Shown: piece after piece, positions 16,571 to 26,587 of the stretch
Numbering within the stretch: position 1 is the first letter of the stretch
Layout of the letters: every line of letters starts with the position of its first letter
DNA from: Methanoregula sp.
GTDB lineage: Archaea; Halobacteriota; Methanomicrobia; Methanomicrobiales; Methanospirillaceae
Length of the DNA stretch: 33,498 bases
Direction of reading: 5' to 3'
Assembly: GCA_028711405.1 (NCBI GenBank)
Contig: JAQTSH010000001.1
Span: 1 to 33,498, forward strand
The notes under the pieces: model-generated
Told to the model about the DNA's origin: nothing
What the model saw: only the letters and a program-made list of their open reading frames with translations
Database searches by the model: none
Position numbers and translations under genes: made by a program

Positions 16571-19159
16571 TCAGGAACTGCCCGTACGGAATGAACCATT
16601 AGGCACGACACACAGAAACCGTGCCCCCTCGCCTTCCGTGCCGGTCTCCCGGATGGAGATGTTCGTTAGTGCGAGGATCTCCCGGACAAGGAAGAGTCCA
16701 TGAGCGGATTCTCTGCCATACTCCCCTTCAAAAATCTGCTCCTTTTCATCCGGGGGAATGCCGACACCGTTGTCCTCCCAGATGAGGTGCAGACCCTCCG
16801 GGGTCTGTTCTTCCCGCACATGGATAGCGGTCACGTGCTGCCCATGCCGGATCGAGTTGTCAAGGAGGTTGTTGAAGACCATCTCCAGCATCGGATCAGA
16901 GAAGATCCAAATCCCCTTTACCTCCGCAGTGAAACGGATCTCTTCAGGGATCAGCAGTTCATGCAGGAGGGTGCTGACGTTCTGCCACATGGGTTCACGG
17001 GTCCCGAGCTGCTGATAGATTTTAGAAAACTCAAGCTGGGTACGGATCGCCTTTGCGGCAGCCGCAATCCGTGCAACGTGCCGGGATATGTCCGTCTCAT
17101 CGGTTCGTTTATTGAGTGCCGTGACATTACCGAGGATCACGGTCACCTTGTTCATGATATCGTGGCGGGTGATACTCGAGAGGAGATCCAGTTTCCGGAC
17201 TGCCTGCTTTTGCGCGTCCTGTGCGCGTTTGCGGTCGGTGATGTCATGGACAATCCCGAACACGACCTTTTTTTCCGGATCATATTCTGCTTTGGAATGA
17301 ATCCACCGGATCATCCCGTCACTGTGCCGACGGATCTCAAATTCCCGGTCATACGGTCGGTTGTGATGGATCAGCCCGTGAAGGGCATCGTCAGTGATCT
17401 GCCAGTATTTTGGCAGGAGAATCTTTTGAACTTCGGATATGTTCCATACGGGATCCCATACTTCAAACAGTTCCTTTGCCCCTTCAGAGGGTTCGACCTT
17501 GCCGGATCCAAGACGATATTCCCAGTTCCCGAACTGTGCAGATTTTTCTGCACGGCGCAATAACTCTTCGCTCTTTATCAGTTTTTCTTCCGTCTTTTTC
17601 CGTTCCGTGATATCGAAATAGGAACCGACAATGCCGGTAATCTCCCCTTTGGAATTCCGCATCGGCACTTTACTCGTGAGAAGAATGATCTGTGTACCCT
17701 CGGGGGTCGTCTGGGGTTCCTCAATAAAGAATTTTGATATCCCCTTCTCGATCACGTCCCGATCATCGTTCTGGTAACGTGATGCCTGTTCCTGCCAGCA
17801 CAGTTGGGAATCATCCTTCCCCATGATATCCTCTGGTTCCGTAAATCCGGCGTCACGGGCAAATGCCGTATTGCAGCCAATGTACCTCATGTTTCGGTCT
17901 TTCCAGAAGACACGCGACGGTATCGTATTGATGATATCTTTTTGCATCTGGTGGGATTCCCGGAGTGCAGCCTCTGCCAGTTTCCGGTCGGTGATATCCC
18001 GGATGGATTCGATTCCCCCGATGATCTTCCCTTCCTTGTCGTAAAGCCGGGCAGATTTTCCCCAGAGGGTGACCGTTTTCCCGCACGGGGTCGCATTTTT
18101 GGTTTCAGCGGTCAGTATATCCTCGTTAATACCTATTTTTGAATAATTTTTTTGGATCTCCTCTTTTGAAGAAAAGACCAGATCGATAAGGATTGGACGC
18201 CGTGTGCCATAGAATGGAACCGCATACTCGTAGTCTCCCTTGCCAAGGATATCGCGTGCCAACACCCCGGTCATCTCTTCGATCGCCTTGTTCCAGGCAA
18301 TCACATGCCCGGTCGTATCGATGACAAAGGTTGCATCCGGAAGGAAATTGATGATATCTGTCAGTCTCTGTTGTGTTCCGATAAGCTGCTCTTCCGTCCG
18401 TTTGCGTTCGGTGATGTCACGGGCTGATGCAAGGACAAGATTTTTTCCGAAAAAAGTAACCCGGTGAATGTTGATCTCTACGGGAATGACGGACCCGTCT
18501 TTTCTTTGGTGCTCTCCGTAAAATGTGTTCATCCCGGTTTTTGATATTTGCTGCCCGATACCCACCATCCTCGTCCTGTGCGCGTCAGATACGATATCGC
18601 GGACAGTCATCGTGAGCAATTCTTCACGAGTATATCCCAGACGGTTGCACATGGTGTCGTTAACTTCAAGGAATATGCCCGGCATACCATCGGACAACAT
18701 CTCGTGAATATATATCTCATCATTGGTATTGTTGAACAGGATCCGGTACTTCTTCTCGCTTTCTGCAAGTGTCACTTCTGTTTCCCTTCTCTGGATTTCC
18801 CGCATGAGGACATGGATCAGTTCAGCATACATGATATCCGGATCCCCGGATTTCTGGAGATAGAAATCTGCCCCGCTATTGATCGCGTCAATGGCAACCT
18901 GTTCCCGCCCTTTACCGGTGAAGAGAATAAACGGGATGGTGCCATACGTCTTACGGACATATTTGAGAAACCCGATACCGTTTGTGCCCGGCATCTGGTA
19001 ATCGCATACAATTGCCGCATACTTCTCTTCTGACAACTGTTTCTTTGCAGCGCTGGCGGAACCTACGGCATCAACCCTGAATGTTCCGGTTCTTTCGAGA
19101 ACCATGGTTATTACCTCGTGAAGGGAGGGATCATCATCAATATAGAGAATAGAATACAT
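16571..19159 (-). CDS. Hybrid sensor histidine kinase, REC-PAS x4-HisKA/HATPase
   Basis: Receiver IDDD...CDYQMP...FTGKG...LQK; repeated PAS/PAC ending DITERK/DITDRK; ITRHDI, NLLDNSIRHG, EDNGVGI and HGLFL. ATG at 19159 (alternative GTG at 19165). Confidence 0.92.
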   Translation of the reverse strand: MYSILYIDDDPSLHEVITMVLERTGTFRVDAVGSASAAKKQLSEEKYAAIVCDYQMPGTNGIGFLKYVRKTYGTIPFILFTGKGREQVAIDAINSGADFYLQKSGDPDIMYAELIHVLMREIQRRETEVTLAESEKKYRILFNNTNDEIYIHEMLSDGMPGIFLEVNDTMCNRLGYTREELLTMTVRDIVSDAHRTRMVGIGQQISKTGMNTFYGEHQRKDGSVIPVEINIHRVTFFGKNLVLASARDITERKRTEEQLIGTQQRLTDIINFLPDATFVIDTTGHVIAWNKAIEEMTGVLARDILGKGDYEYAVPFYGTRRPILIDLVFSSKEEIQKNYSKIGINEDILTAETKNATPCGKTVTLWGKSARLYDKEGKIIGGIESIRDITDRKLAEAALRESHQMQKDIINTIPSRVFWKDRNMRYIGCNTAFARDAGFTEPEDIMGKDDSQLCWQEQASRYQNDDRDVIEKGISKFFIEEPQTTPEGTQIILLTSKVPMRNSKGEITGIVGSYFDITERKKTEEKLIKSEELLRRAEKSAQFGNWEYRLGSGKVEPSEGAKELFEVWDPVWNISEVQKILLPKYWQITDDALHGLIHHNRPYDREFEIRRHSDGMIRWIHSKAEYDPEKKVVFGIVHDITDRKRAQDAQKQAVRKLDLLSSITRHDIMNKVTVILGNVTALNKRTDETDISRHVARIAAAAKAIRTQLEFSKIYQQLGTREPMWQNVSTLLHELLIPEEIRFTAEVKGIWIFSDPMLEMVFNNLLDNSIRHGQHVTAIHVREEQTPEGLHLIWEDNGVGIPPDEKEQIFEGEYGRESAHGLFLVREILALTNISIRETGTEGEGARFLCVVPNGSFRTGSS

Positions 19160-19192
19160 AGTCACGCCCGTGAAAAAACCTTGATTATGCGA

Positions 19193-19204
19193 ATTATTAA
19201 TAAT
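19193..19204 (-). promoter_or_regulatory. Palindromic AT-only TATA-like element upstream of the kinase gene
   Basis: ATTATTAATAAT is a perfect 12-bp palindrome about 34 nt upstream of ATG 19159. Confidence 0.45.
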
Positions 19205-19448
19205 CCCAGTTAAGGATTTCCATTTGACAAGGAGTCTGCCCGATGCTCTTGGAAGCGGTATTCCGTTTGAAGTCGGGGTGTATATGTCCAGGACTCAAGG
19301 CACTGCCCGGACGTGCGAGGATCCGTACTGGTCACCGGATTTTTCCAGTAGGCACTTCTTTTTGAAATATCACCAAGTACCACCAAATCCTGAATTTTAT
19401 CGAAAAGTTAAACATCCATCGTGGATCATACAGACATAAGGTATTATC

Positions 19449-19871
19449 ATGACACTCGATAATGAGCTTTCGCGTATCGGTATCTCGCTGCCCAAACACC
19501 TGCTCGACCGGTTTGATGAGATCATCAACTACCGTGGGTATTCGTCCCGGTCTGAAGGGATCCGGGACGCCATACGGAGTTATATCCAGTACTACAAGTG
19601 GATGTCCGATGTCAAAGGGAACCGTCAAGGCGTGATCACGATGATCTACGACCATGAACAGCGGGGACTCCTTGTGACCCTCACCGATATCCAGCATGAG
19701 TATAAAGCGATCATCCAGGCATCACTCCACTCGCAGATTAGTGAGAACCGCTGCCTTGAAGTGATCCTCCTGCGTGGCGACGGCACGCTGTTAAAAGCGC
19801 TTGCAGAGCGCATGATGTCACAAAAAGGGGTCGAGTCAGTAAAACTGACAACCATCGAGCTGGAGGATTAA
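19449..19871 (+). CDS. nikR: NikR-family ribbon-helix-helix transcriptional regulator
   Basis: RIGISLP..LL..FD..I..RGYSSRSE.IRDAIR, G.IT.IYDH, QHEY, CLEV and KGV..VKL. Confidence 0.93.
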   Translation: MTLDNELSRIGISLPKHLLDRFDEIINYRGYSSRSEGIRDAIRSYIQYYKWMSDVKGNRQGVITMIYDHEQRGLLVTLTDIQHEYKAIIQASLHSQISENRCLEVILLRGDGTLLKALAERMMSQKGVESVKLTTIELED

Positions 19872-20161
19872 CCCCCGCCCTCGCAGCTCTGGTCGATATT
19901 TTTCAGCGCGTCCTGCAGTCCGCTCCCGGCGGCATATTCGCGCTCGCGCTCGATCACCTCTTTTGCATCTTCCACAATCGCCCGGCTCACCCGTTCCGTG
20001 CGGTCCGCCGGTATCAACTGGTCTGCACGGTAGAGCAGGTGGGTGCTGTCCAGTTCAGCGAACAGGCTGCCTTTCATCTGCTCGACCCGGATGATGGCGC
20101 CGGTCGTTCCGGTCTTTGGGTATCGCACTCGCATACCCACTGTGATCTCCTCAGCTAGCAT
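19868..20161 (-). CDS. DUF2098-like small methanogen protein
   Basis: I.VG..VRYPKTGT.G.I.......FA.LDST.LLYR.D.L; start reassigned to ATG 20161; ends SCEGGG. Confidence 0.75.
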   Translation of the reverse strand: MLAEEITVGMRVRYPKTGTTGAIIRVEQMKGSLFAELDSTHLLYRADQLIPADRTERVSRAIVEDAKEVIEREREYAAGSGLQDALKNIDQSCEGGG

Positions 20162-20308
20162 ACCAGAGAATGAGTACAAGGGAGTATAGAAGTTTTGTGC
20201 CATACCCTGCCAGCCCGGTCCCGTGGAATGACCCAGGCACAATCAATGGAAGCCCCTCATCCGGAGAGGTTATAAAAAAGCGGCGTGGAACTGCCGTGAA
20301 GTAATCTC

Positions 20309-20317
20309 CAAAAAAAA
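20309..20317 (-). terminator. Oligo-T terminator after aglB
   Basis: A run of about nine T on the minus strand directly after the aglB stop. Confidence 0.55.
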
Positions 20318-20319
20318 GG

Positions 20320-22929
20320 TTAGTTGATCGTCGTTCCCTGCATGACGGCAGACTCGGGCACATCGAACGTCGTGCCAGTACCGACGATATGGTACTTGCC
20401 GGTCGCTTTGACCGGGTACGGGTTGCCGGTCGTTGAATAGGGCACGACAAACTCCCCGTTCGTGCTCTCCTGCTGGTAGGTGAAGGTTCGTCCGGTATCG
20501 GTCACAAGCGGGACCTCGATGATGCCGGTGCCCTTGATATGCGCACCTTTCACGTATTCAAAGACCTTTACGTACTTTACGTCCGGTGTCTTTCCACTGA
20601 AGACATTTGACGGGGATTCATGGACGAGCCGGTAGTGATGGAGCGCCGGTACGGTGTCGATCGGGTTCACGATGGACGGGCTGAGCACGGTCGCGTGGTA
20701 GCCCTCCGGGGCGTTGATGTTGTACTGGGCTGCCCGTGCGGTTGCGTCACTCGCGTTCATCGCGACAGCGTTGGTCATCACCGGTGCCGAGACGCTTGTG
20801 ATCGTCGAATCGGCATATTCGACATAATAGGCAGTCGTCGCCGGGGTCAGGGACCCGTCAAAGTTGTGGAGCCTTGAAATCATCGTGTGGAAATAGGGCT
20901 GCTCGTTCAACAGGGCGGACTCGTATTTTGTGGTGTCCGTCTGGCTCGGCATCAAGAGGGTCATCTGGTACGGAGCGGCGGCAAGTGTTGAGTTGTACCA
21001 GGTTGCCATCGCCCAGAACTTGCCCGTGTCCATCTCGATGTCGGTCACAATATACCGGGTACGCGCTGCGTCCATCACTGAGTTTGCCGTATCCTCAGAC
21101 TGGCTGATGAAGAATGTAGAAGACCCGGTTGAACCGGTCACCCCCTGCTGGAAGGGGTTCGCATTCGGTATACGCTTTGCGATGTAGGTGATCATGTGAC
21201 CATAGTCCCACCAGGACATGACCCCGTACGACTGGTTGGGGTACGTGAACGTGTTCTTGTCGTAGATGGTGTAATAGTTCACGCCCGTCTCCGGGGTGTT
21301 GTTGCCCATCCAGTCCAGTGCTTCCCGCCAGTCCCCGTTCATCCGGATCGCCTGGCTCGACGCGTTCTGGTAACTGTACATGGCAGAGTTGTACGCGAAG
21401 AGCACACCTAAAATTGTGACGATAACGACGAGCCCGAGCATGAAATAGTTCGGGGCATGGGCAGCTCCACCTTTCTTTGCCGCCTTCTTCTGTTTTCGTG
21501 CACGGGGCGAATCCTCTCGTCCCTTCACCTTCACCTTCTCATCTGCCTCCGGAGCCGGGGCAGAGGCGGAAGAGACGGTCTTTGCCGCGAGCCGGATGTC
21601 CTTCCAGCCCTGCTCAAAGACAAAGCTCGCGCAGATTGCCGAGAGAAGTGCCACATTCACGGCGAGGTAATACTCGTACCTGATGTGCTGCCAGGTCGAG
21701 AAGAAGATCACGATTGCCCACACGAGCGCAAAGATCTCCTGCGGGTGCTCTTCTTTGATGTTCTTGTAGAGGATGACCAGCGCCCCGCCGACCATGAGGA
21801 TGAGCCCGTAGTTGAAGGTCAGCCATGCACTATCGGATGACCAGCCCCGTGCTTCCTGCACGGTGTTCGTGATCGCCATCTGCCCGAAGAATGCAAAGAG
21901 CGATGAGAAGAACAGGCTGTAGAGTTGCGGAAGTGCCACAAACAGGACCAAGCCGAACAGAATCGCGCAGCCGATGATGATCGCCGGGAAGTAGTACCAT
22001 TTCTTCCCTTTGAGGTACCGGGCGAGTGCATAGAGCACAACCGTCCCGCCGATGAGACCGAGATATGCGTAGATGTGCCCGATTGTGTAGTCGGAGAGGT
22101 CAAGCCCCGTACCCTTTAACCCGAAGAGGAGGAGCCCGACGATCGCAATGGCGAAGATGACGGTATTGGCGACAAGCAGGTACTCACTAGAACGCTCCCG
22201 GTAGACGTCGATGACAAACTGGATGACGGTGAAGACCCCCGCGATCAGGGCAAAGAGGATCATCGTGGGCATCGTGAACAGTCCCAGCAGGTACGCGATA
22301 CCGGCAAGCGCGGAGAAGAGAAGGAGGGTCTTGAAACTCCCGATATCCTTTAGGTTGATCTTTGTCTTACTCCCGATGAGGAGGACGTACATGTACAACA
22401 GGCAGAAGATGCAGGCAAAGAGCACCTCCGCGATGTGGTGGTCCATGTACCCGTAGAACGCCCGGTAGAAGAACTGCCCGGTGACCACGGCGGTGAACCC
22501 GGCAGCAAACAGCCCGGTCTTCCAGTTCCCGCAGCACCGCCCGACAAAATACATCACCGGGACGACAAGCGCTCCCATCATGGGTGGCACGAGAAGCCCG
22601 ACACCGATGATCTCCGGGCGTGTTGCGGCACCGGTGATCATACAACAGACGGCGATGATCGTGGGGAAGAGCGGACCCCAGTATATCATTGTCCCGTTAG
22701 GGTAGAGGGTCATCGGTTCGAACCAGGAGTACGTGAGGTGGTTTGCGAGGAGCTGCTCTACCTGCCGCAGGTTGTAGAGCGGGTCATCACTTCCGACCAT
22801 CAGGAGGATATCGGTGTTGCCCATCAGGAGCATGGGAAGAATGCGGAGCCAGAGGGCAAAGATAAAAAAAATTGCCACAAGCCCGATGATGAGGTAATTA
22901 CGGTGATTTTTCAGATCCAGAGATACCAT
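20320..22929 (-). CDS. aglB: Oligosaccharyltransferase AglB (STT3 family)
   Basis: Multi-TM N-terminal half with DDPLY, DHHIAE and TVQE; WWDYGH; NPFQ; DIEM...K; C-terminal beta domain. Confidence 0.97.
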   Translation of the reverse strand: MVSLDLKNHRNYLIIGLVAIFFIFALWLRILPMLLMGNTDILLMVGSDDPLYNLRQVEQLLANHLTYSWFEPMTLYPNGTMIYWGPLFPTIIAVCCMITGAATRPEIIGVGLLVPPMMGALVVPVMYFVGRCCGNWKTGLFAAGFTAVVTGQFFYRAFYGYMDHHIAEVLFACIFCLLYMYVLLIGSKTKINLKDIGSFKTLLLFSALAGIAYLLGLFTMPTMILFALIAGVFTVIQFVIDVYRERSSEYLLVANTVIFAIAIVGLLLFGLKGTGLDLSDYTIGHIYAYLGLIGGTVVLYALARYLKGKKWYYFPAIIIGCAILFGLVLFVALPQLYSLFFSSLFAFFGQMAITNTVQEARGWSSDSAWLTFNYGLILMVGGALVILYKNIKEEHPQEIFALVWAIVIFFSTWQHIRYEYYLAVNVALLSAICASFVFEQGWKDIRLAAKTVSSASAPAPEADEKVKVKGREDSPRARKQKKAAKKGGAAHAPNYFMLGLVVIVTILGVLFAYNSAMYSYQNASSQAIRMNGDWREALDWMGNNTPETGVNYYTIYDKNTFTYPNQSYGVMSWWDYGHMITYIAKRIPNANPFQQGVTGSTGSSTFFISQSEDTANSVMDAARTRYIVTDIEMDTGKFWAMATWYNSTLAAAPYQMTLLMPSQTDTTKYESALLNEQPYFHTMISRLHNFDGSLTPATTAYYVEYADSTITSVSAPVMTNAVAMNASDATARAAQYNINAPEGYHATVLSPSIVNPIDTVPALHHYRLVHESPSNVFSGKTPDVKYVKVFEYVKGAHIKGTGIIEVPLVTDTGRTFTYQQESTNGEFVVPYSTTGNPYPVKATGKYHIVGTGTTFDVPESAVMQGTTIN

Positions 22930-22989
22930 GCGATCAACCTTTCGGTACTAAATTTTAGTTGAGAGCATTAATAAATTTGGATAAATCCG

Positions 22990-24123
22990 TCAGAGAAGCC
23001 GCTCGAACTGCGCTTCGAACTGCCGGGCTTTCTCTTTCCAGCTATGCTCTTCGAAGTTGAGGTGATACGTCCGGGGTGTGTCCATGAGCCCTTTCACCTG
23101 CGCGACAAAATCCTCCCGTGTCCGGTAGACAAAGAGGTTCTCCCCGCCGATCCGGGTCACGTCCGGGATCGGGCGCATGACAATCGGTTTCCCGCAGGCA
23201 GAGTATTCGAAGAATTTGTTCGGGAGGGCTATATCCACCCATTGGGGCGGCGCGAGGGGAATGGTGCAGGCATCCATACACGCGATGTATCGCGGCAGTT
23301 CGGCGTAGGGTTTTGTGCCGGTGAAGATGACATGATCCGAGAGTCCGAGGGAGCTGGCGAGAATGCGGAGTTCGGCGTCATACCCGGTGAAAAGCGAACC
23401 CCCGACGATTAAAAGCCGGGTGTTCTTCCGGTACCGGATCAGTTCCGGCAGCGCCCGGATCATCTCGTCAATCGCGTACCAGCGCTCGACCGCACCTGAG
23501 AACCCGATGACGAAGTCGTCCTCCCCGATCCCGAGTGTTTTTCGCATTCCCGCTCCATCCATAGGTACGAAGAGACCGGTATCGACCCCGTTCGTGATGA
23601 GATCCGCAGAGAACCCGAACGACCGGAGTTTATCGACAAGGGACGGGGAGACCGTGGTGAGGGCATCGCTGTGGGCGAGGTTCCGGCGGGTGATCGCCCA
23701 GACACTGTCCCGGACGATCCGCTGGAGCGTTGGGTTGTGGAAGTAGGCAGCGGCGGAATCGGGGAACCAGTCCTTTAAGTCAAAGATGACCGGGACATGG
23801 CACGTCTTCGCGGCATGGATGACGGCAGTGCCGGCAAGGACATGGGCAGCGACAACGATATCGATCTGGTTGTCCCGGATGATCTTCGGGAAACAGTAGA
23901 AGTGGTACGGGGTATTTGCCGTGTAATGGAGAAGCGGAGTCCGGAAGGGGAACTGGGTCGCTTCCTCAACGATGAGCCGTGTGTCCCGTGCGACGCCCCG
24001 GCTGACGTGGAAATGGGCGACATGCACTTCGTGGCGTTGTGCCAGCTCTTCAAAGAGATAGTGGTGCCGCGAAGGGATGGGGTGGTGGATATAGTCCTGG
24101 GTTGAGACAAGAAGGATCTTCAT
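22990..24123 (-). CDS. GT4-family glycosyltransferase
   Basis: ITNGVDT..F.P, IGFSG, V.FTG..PY.ELP.YI...D and PNKFFEY.ACGKPIV. Confidence 0.9.
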   Translation of the reverse strand: MKILLVSTQDYIHHPIPSRHHYLFEELAQRHEVHVAHFHVSRGVARDTRLIVEEATQFPFRTPLLHYTANTPYHFYCFPKIIRDNQIDIVVAAHVLAGTAVIHAAKTCHVPVIFDLKDWFPDSAAAYFHNPTLQRIVRDSVWAITRRNLAHSDALTTVSPSLVDKLRSFGFSADLITNGVDTGLFVPMDGAGMRKTLGIGEDDFVIGFSGAVERWYAIDEMIRALPELIRYRKNTRLLIVGGSLFTGYDAELRILASSLGLSDHVIFTGTKPYAELPRYIACMDACTIPLAPPQWVDIALPNKFFEYSACGKPIVMRPIPDVTRIGGENLFVYRTREDFVAQVKGLMDTPRTYHLNFEEHSWKEKARQFEAQFERLL

Positions 24124-24232
24124 GGGTCACACGGAGGGTCATCATCCTGAACTGATGATTGTGTCATATATATTTCCCGGTACGGGAATAAAAGGACGTG
24201 CCGCGATGGGCAGGGTTCCCGGCGGGCACCCA

Positions 24233-24841
24233 TCACCGGTCTTTCTGGCGCCGGGACATTGCCTCCGGCAGCGCCCGGATCTTCGCCGGTGCTCCTATGG
24301 CGAGCATGTGCGCCGGCACATCACGGGTCACGATGGCGCCGGCAGCGACAAACGCCCCCTCCCCGATACAGACACCGGGAACGATGGTCGCATTCGCGCC
24401 GATTGCCGCACCGTCCCGGATCACCGGTCCGACAAGTCCGCCGATGCCGGTCGGGGGATAGCGGTCGTTGGTCAGCACTGCGTTCGGACCGATGAAGACA
24501 TGGTTTCCGATCTGCGTGTTCGTCGGGATGTAGACCATACTTTGCAGGCTCACATCGCTGCCGATGGTGGTGGTGCCGTCAATGACAGTTGAAGTCCCGA
24601 TCGCGACCCGGTCCCCGATCCGGGTCTTCTCCCGGATCAGGACATTGTGCCCGCTCTGGAACCTGTCCCCGATCGTCACGTCACAGTAGAGGATCGTGCC
24701 GGAACGGAGCACCGCGTCCTTCCCGATGACCGTACCGGTGAATCCGGTCTTGCCCATCTTATCCCGCGAGGGGAACCCCAGGGTCACCGGCTCAAAGACC
24801 TGCACTCCGGCTCCAACCGTGTTGATACCGTACTCGATCAT
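24233..24841 (-). CDS. Hexapeptide-repeat (LbH) sugar N/O-acyltransferase
   Basis: Hexapeptide repeats; [27 protein letters not shown] and GAPAK. ATG at 24841 overlaps the glmS TGA (ATGA). Confidence 0.88.
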   Translation of the reverse strand: MIEYGINTVGAGVQVFEPVTLGFPSRDKMGKTGFTGTVIGKDAVLRSGTILYCDVTIGDRFQSGHNVLIREKTRIGDRVAIGTSTVIDGTTTIGSDVSLQSMVYIPTNTQIGNHVFIGPNAVLTNDRYPPTGIGGLVGPVIRDGAAIGANATIVPGVCIGEGAFVAAGAIVTRDVPAHMLAIGAPAKIRALPEAMSRRQKDR

Positions 24842-26586
24842 TCGACTGTCACGCTCTTTGCAAGGTTTCTCGGTTTGTCCACATCCCGTCCCAGCGCCAC
24901 CGCGGTTTTGTACGCGATGATCTGGAGCACGACAAGGCTCGACAGGATCTGGGCGAACAGATGGGTTCCGGGCAGGGGGATGAAGATATCGGCGATATCC
25001 ACGAGTTCGGAATCCCCGACACACCCAAGAGCGATGACCGGCGCCCCCCGTGCTTTCATCTCCTTGATGTTCGAGCACATCACATCATAGGTCTCACCGG
25101 GCATGCAGATCGCAATCGCCGGGGTTTCCGGGGAGAGCAGGGCGAACGGACCATGCTTCAGTTCACCGGCGGCATACCCTTCTGCATGGATGTAGGAGAT
25201 CTCCTTCATCTTTAACGCACCTTCGAGCGAGACCGCGTAGAACGGACCCCTGCCCACGTAAAAGATGCTCGCTGCCCCTACGCAGAGCGAGACCGCATTT
25301 GAGAGATCGATAAGAAGTGTGTCATCAATCACCTCGTGGGCGTGCTGGAGGATCTCATCGCACTTCCCCCCGGTCCAGCAGTTCGTGATCTGCATCAGGA
25401 CGGCGAGCTGGGCGACAAAGGATTTCGTCGCCGCAACGCTGATCTCCGGTCCTGCGCACATGAAGAGTGTTTCGTCAGCGACCCGGCTCACGGAACTGCC
25501 GACGACGTTGGTGATCGCGAGGGTCTTGCAGTGCTGTGCCCGGGCTTTTCTAAGTGCGGTGAGCGTATCGGCAGTCTCACCGGACTGCGTGATCCCGATG
25601 ACGAGCCCTTCAACCGGCGGGGGAAAATACCGGAACTCGGAGGCAAACTCAAGTCGTGCCGGAATTCCGCAGATCTCCTCAACCAGGTACCGGAAGATCA
25701 GCCCGGCATGGTAGGATGACCCGCAGGCAACGATCGTCACCGCCGATGGCTTCTCAGCAGCAAACGCGGGCAGGGTAGTGGTATCGGTCGCACAGACAGT
25801 GTTAAAGAATGCCAGCGGTTGTTCATAGATCTCTTTGACCATGAAATGGGGAAACCCTCCCTTCTTTGCCTGCTCGGGAGACCAGTTGATCAGCTGAATC
25901 TCACGGGAGACCAATGTGCCGGCATGGAAGATCTCGATCTTTTCCGGCAGCAGGCTCGCGATATCCCCGTCCTCAAGGAAGATCGCCCGTTCGGTGTATT
26001 CCAGCACAGGGGTCATATCCGACGCGGCAAAATGCTCCCCATCCCCGATCCCGATCACGAGCGGGCTCTGGTTCCGCGCCGCAATGAGCCGGGGGTCATC
26101 AGCGGTGATGACGAGCAGCGCGAAGGAACCCTTCAGGAGTGGAACTGTTTGCTGGACTGCAACGAGGATGTCATGGTCCCGTGCATATGCTTCTTCAATA
26201 AGATGCACGACGACCTCGGTATCCGTGTCGGAACAGAACCGGTGCCCGCGGGCGATGAGGTCGCGTTTCAGGCTGGAAAAATTCTCGATGATCCCGTTAT
26301 GCACCACCGCGATCCGCCTGGCACAGTCGAGATGCGGGTGAGCATTGGCATCACTGGGAACGCCGTGGGTTGCCCAGCGGGTGTGCCCGATACCGATCTT
26401 CCCGTGCAGCTGGTTCGCCGAACCGGCATACCCGGAGATCCGTCCCTGGTGCTTGACGAGCTCGATGCCGCTCCCGAGAGTTGCAACCCCGAATGAATCG
26501 TATCCCCGGTACTCGAGTTTCTTCAACCCTTCGATGATCACGGGGGCTGCATCCCTCATTCCCACGTACCCGACGATGCCGCACAC
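24838..26586 (-). CDS. glmS: Glutamine--fructose-6-phosphate transaminase
   Basis: [44 protein letters not shown] and [11 protein letters not shown]. Confidence 0.98.
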   Translation of the reverse strand: MCGIVGYVGMRDAAPVIIEGLKKLEYRGYDSFGVATLGSGIELVKHQGRISGYAGSANQLHGKIGIGHTRWATHGVPSDANAHPHLDCARRIAVVHNGIIENFSSLKRDLIARGHRFCSDTDTEVVVHLIEEAYARDHDILVAVQQTVPLLKGSFALLVITADDPRLIAARNQSPLVIGIGDGEHFAASDMTPVLEYTERAIFLEDGDIASLLPEKIEIFHAGTLVSREIQLINWSPEQAKKGGFPHFMVKEIYEQPLAFFNTVCATDTTTLPAFAAEKPSAVTIVACGSSYHAGLIFRYLVEEICGIPARLEFASEFRYFPPPVEGLVIGITQSGETADTLTALRKARAQHCKTLAITNVVGSSVSRVADETLFMCAGPEISVAATKSFVAQLAVLMQITNCWTGGKCDEILQHAHEVIDDTLLIDLSNAVSLCVGAASIFYVGRGPFYAVSLEGALKMKEISYIHAEGYAAGELKHGPFALLSPETPAIAICMPGETYDVMCSNIKEMKARGAPVIALGCVGDSELVDIADIFIPLPGTHLFAQILSSLVVLQIIAYKTAVALGRDVDKPRNLAKSVTVE

Positions 26587-26587
26587 C

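Noticed and set aside
16700-17563. 287-aa plus-strand ORF
   Set aside because: Antisense to the kinase at 16571-19159.
19326-19350. TACTGG-N13-CCAGTA upstream of nikR as a NikR operator
   Set aside because: Only 6-bp arms, does not match the GTATGA-N16-TCATAC type site, and lies well upstream of the likely TATA box.
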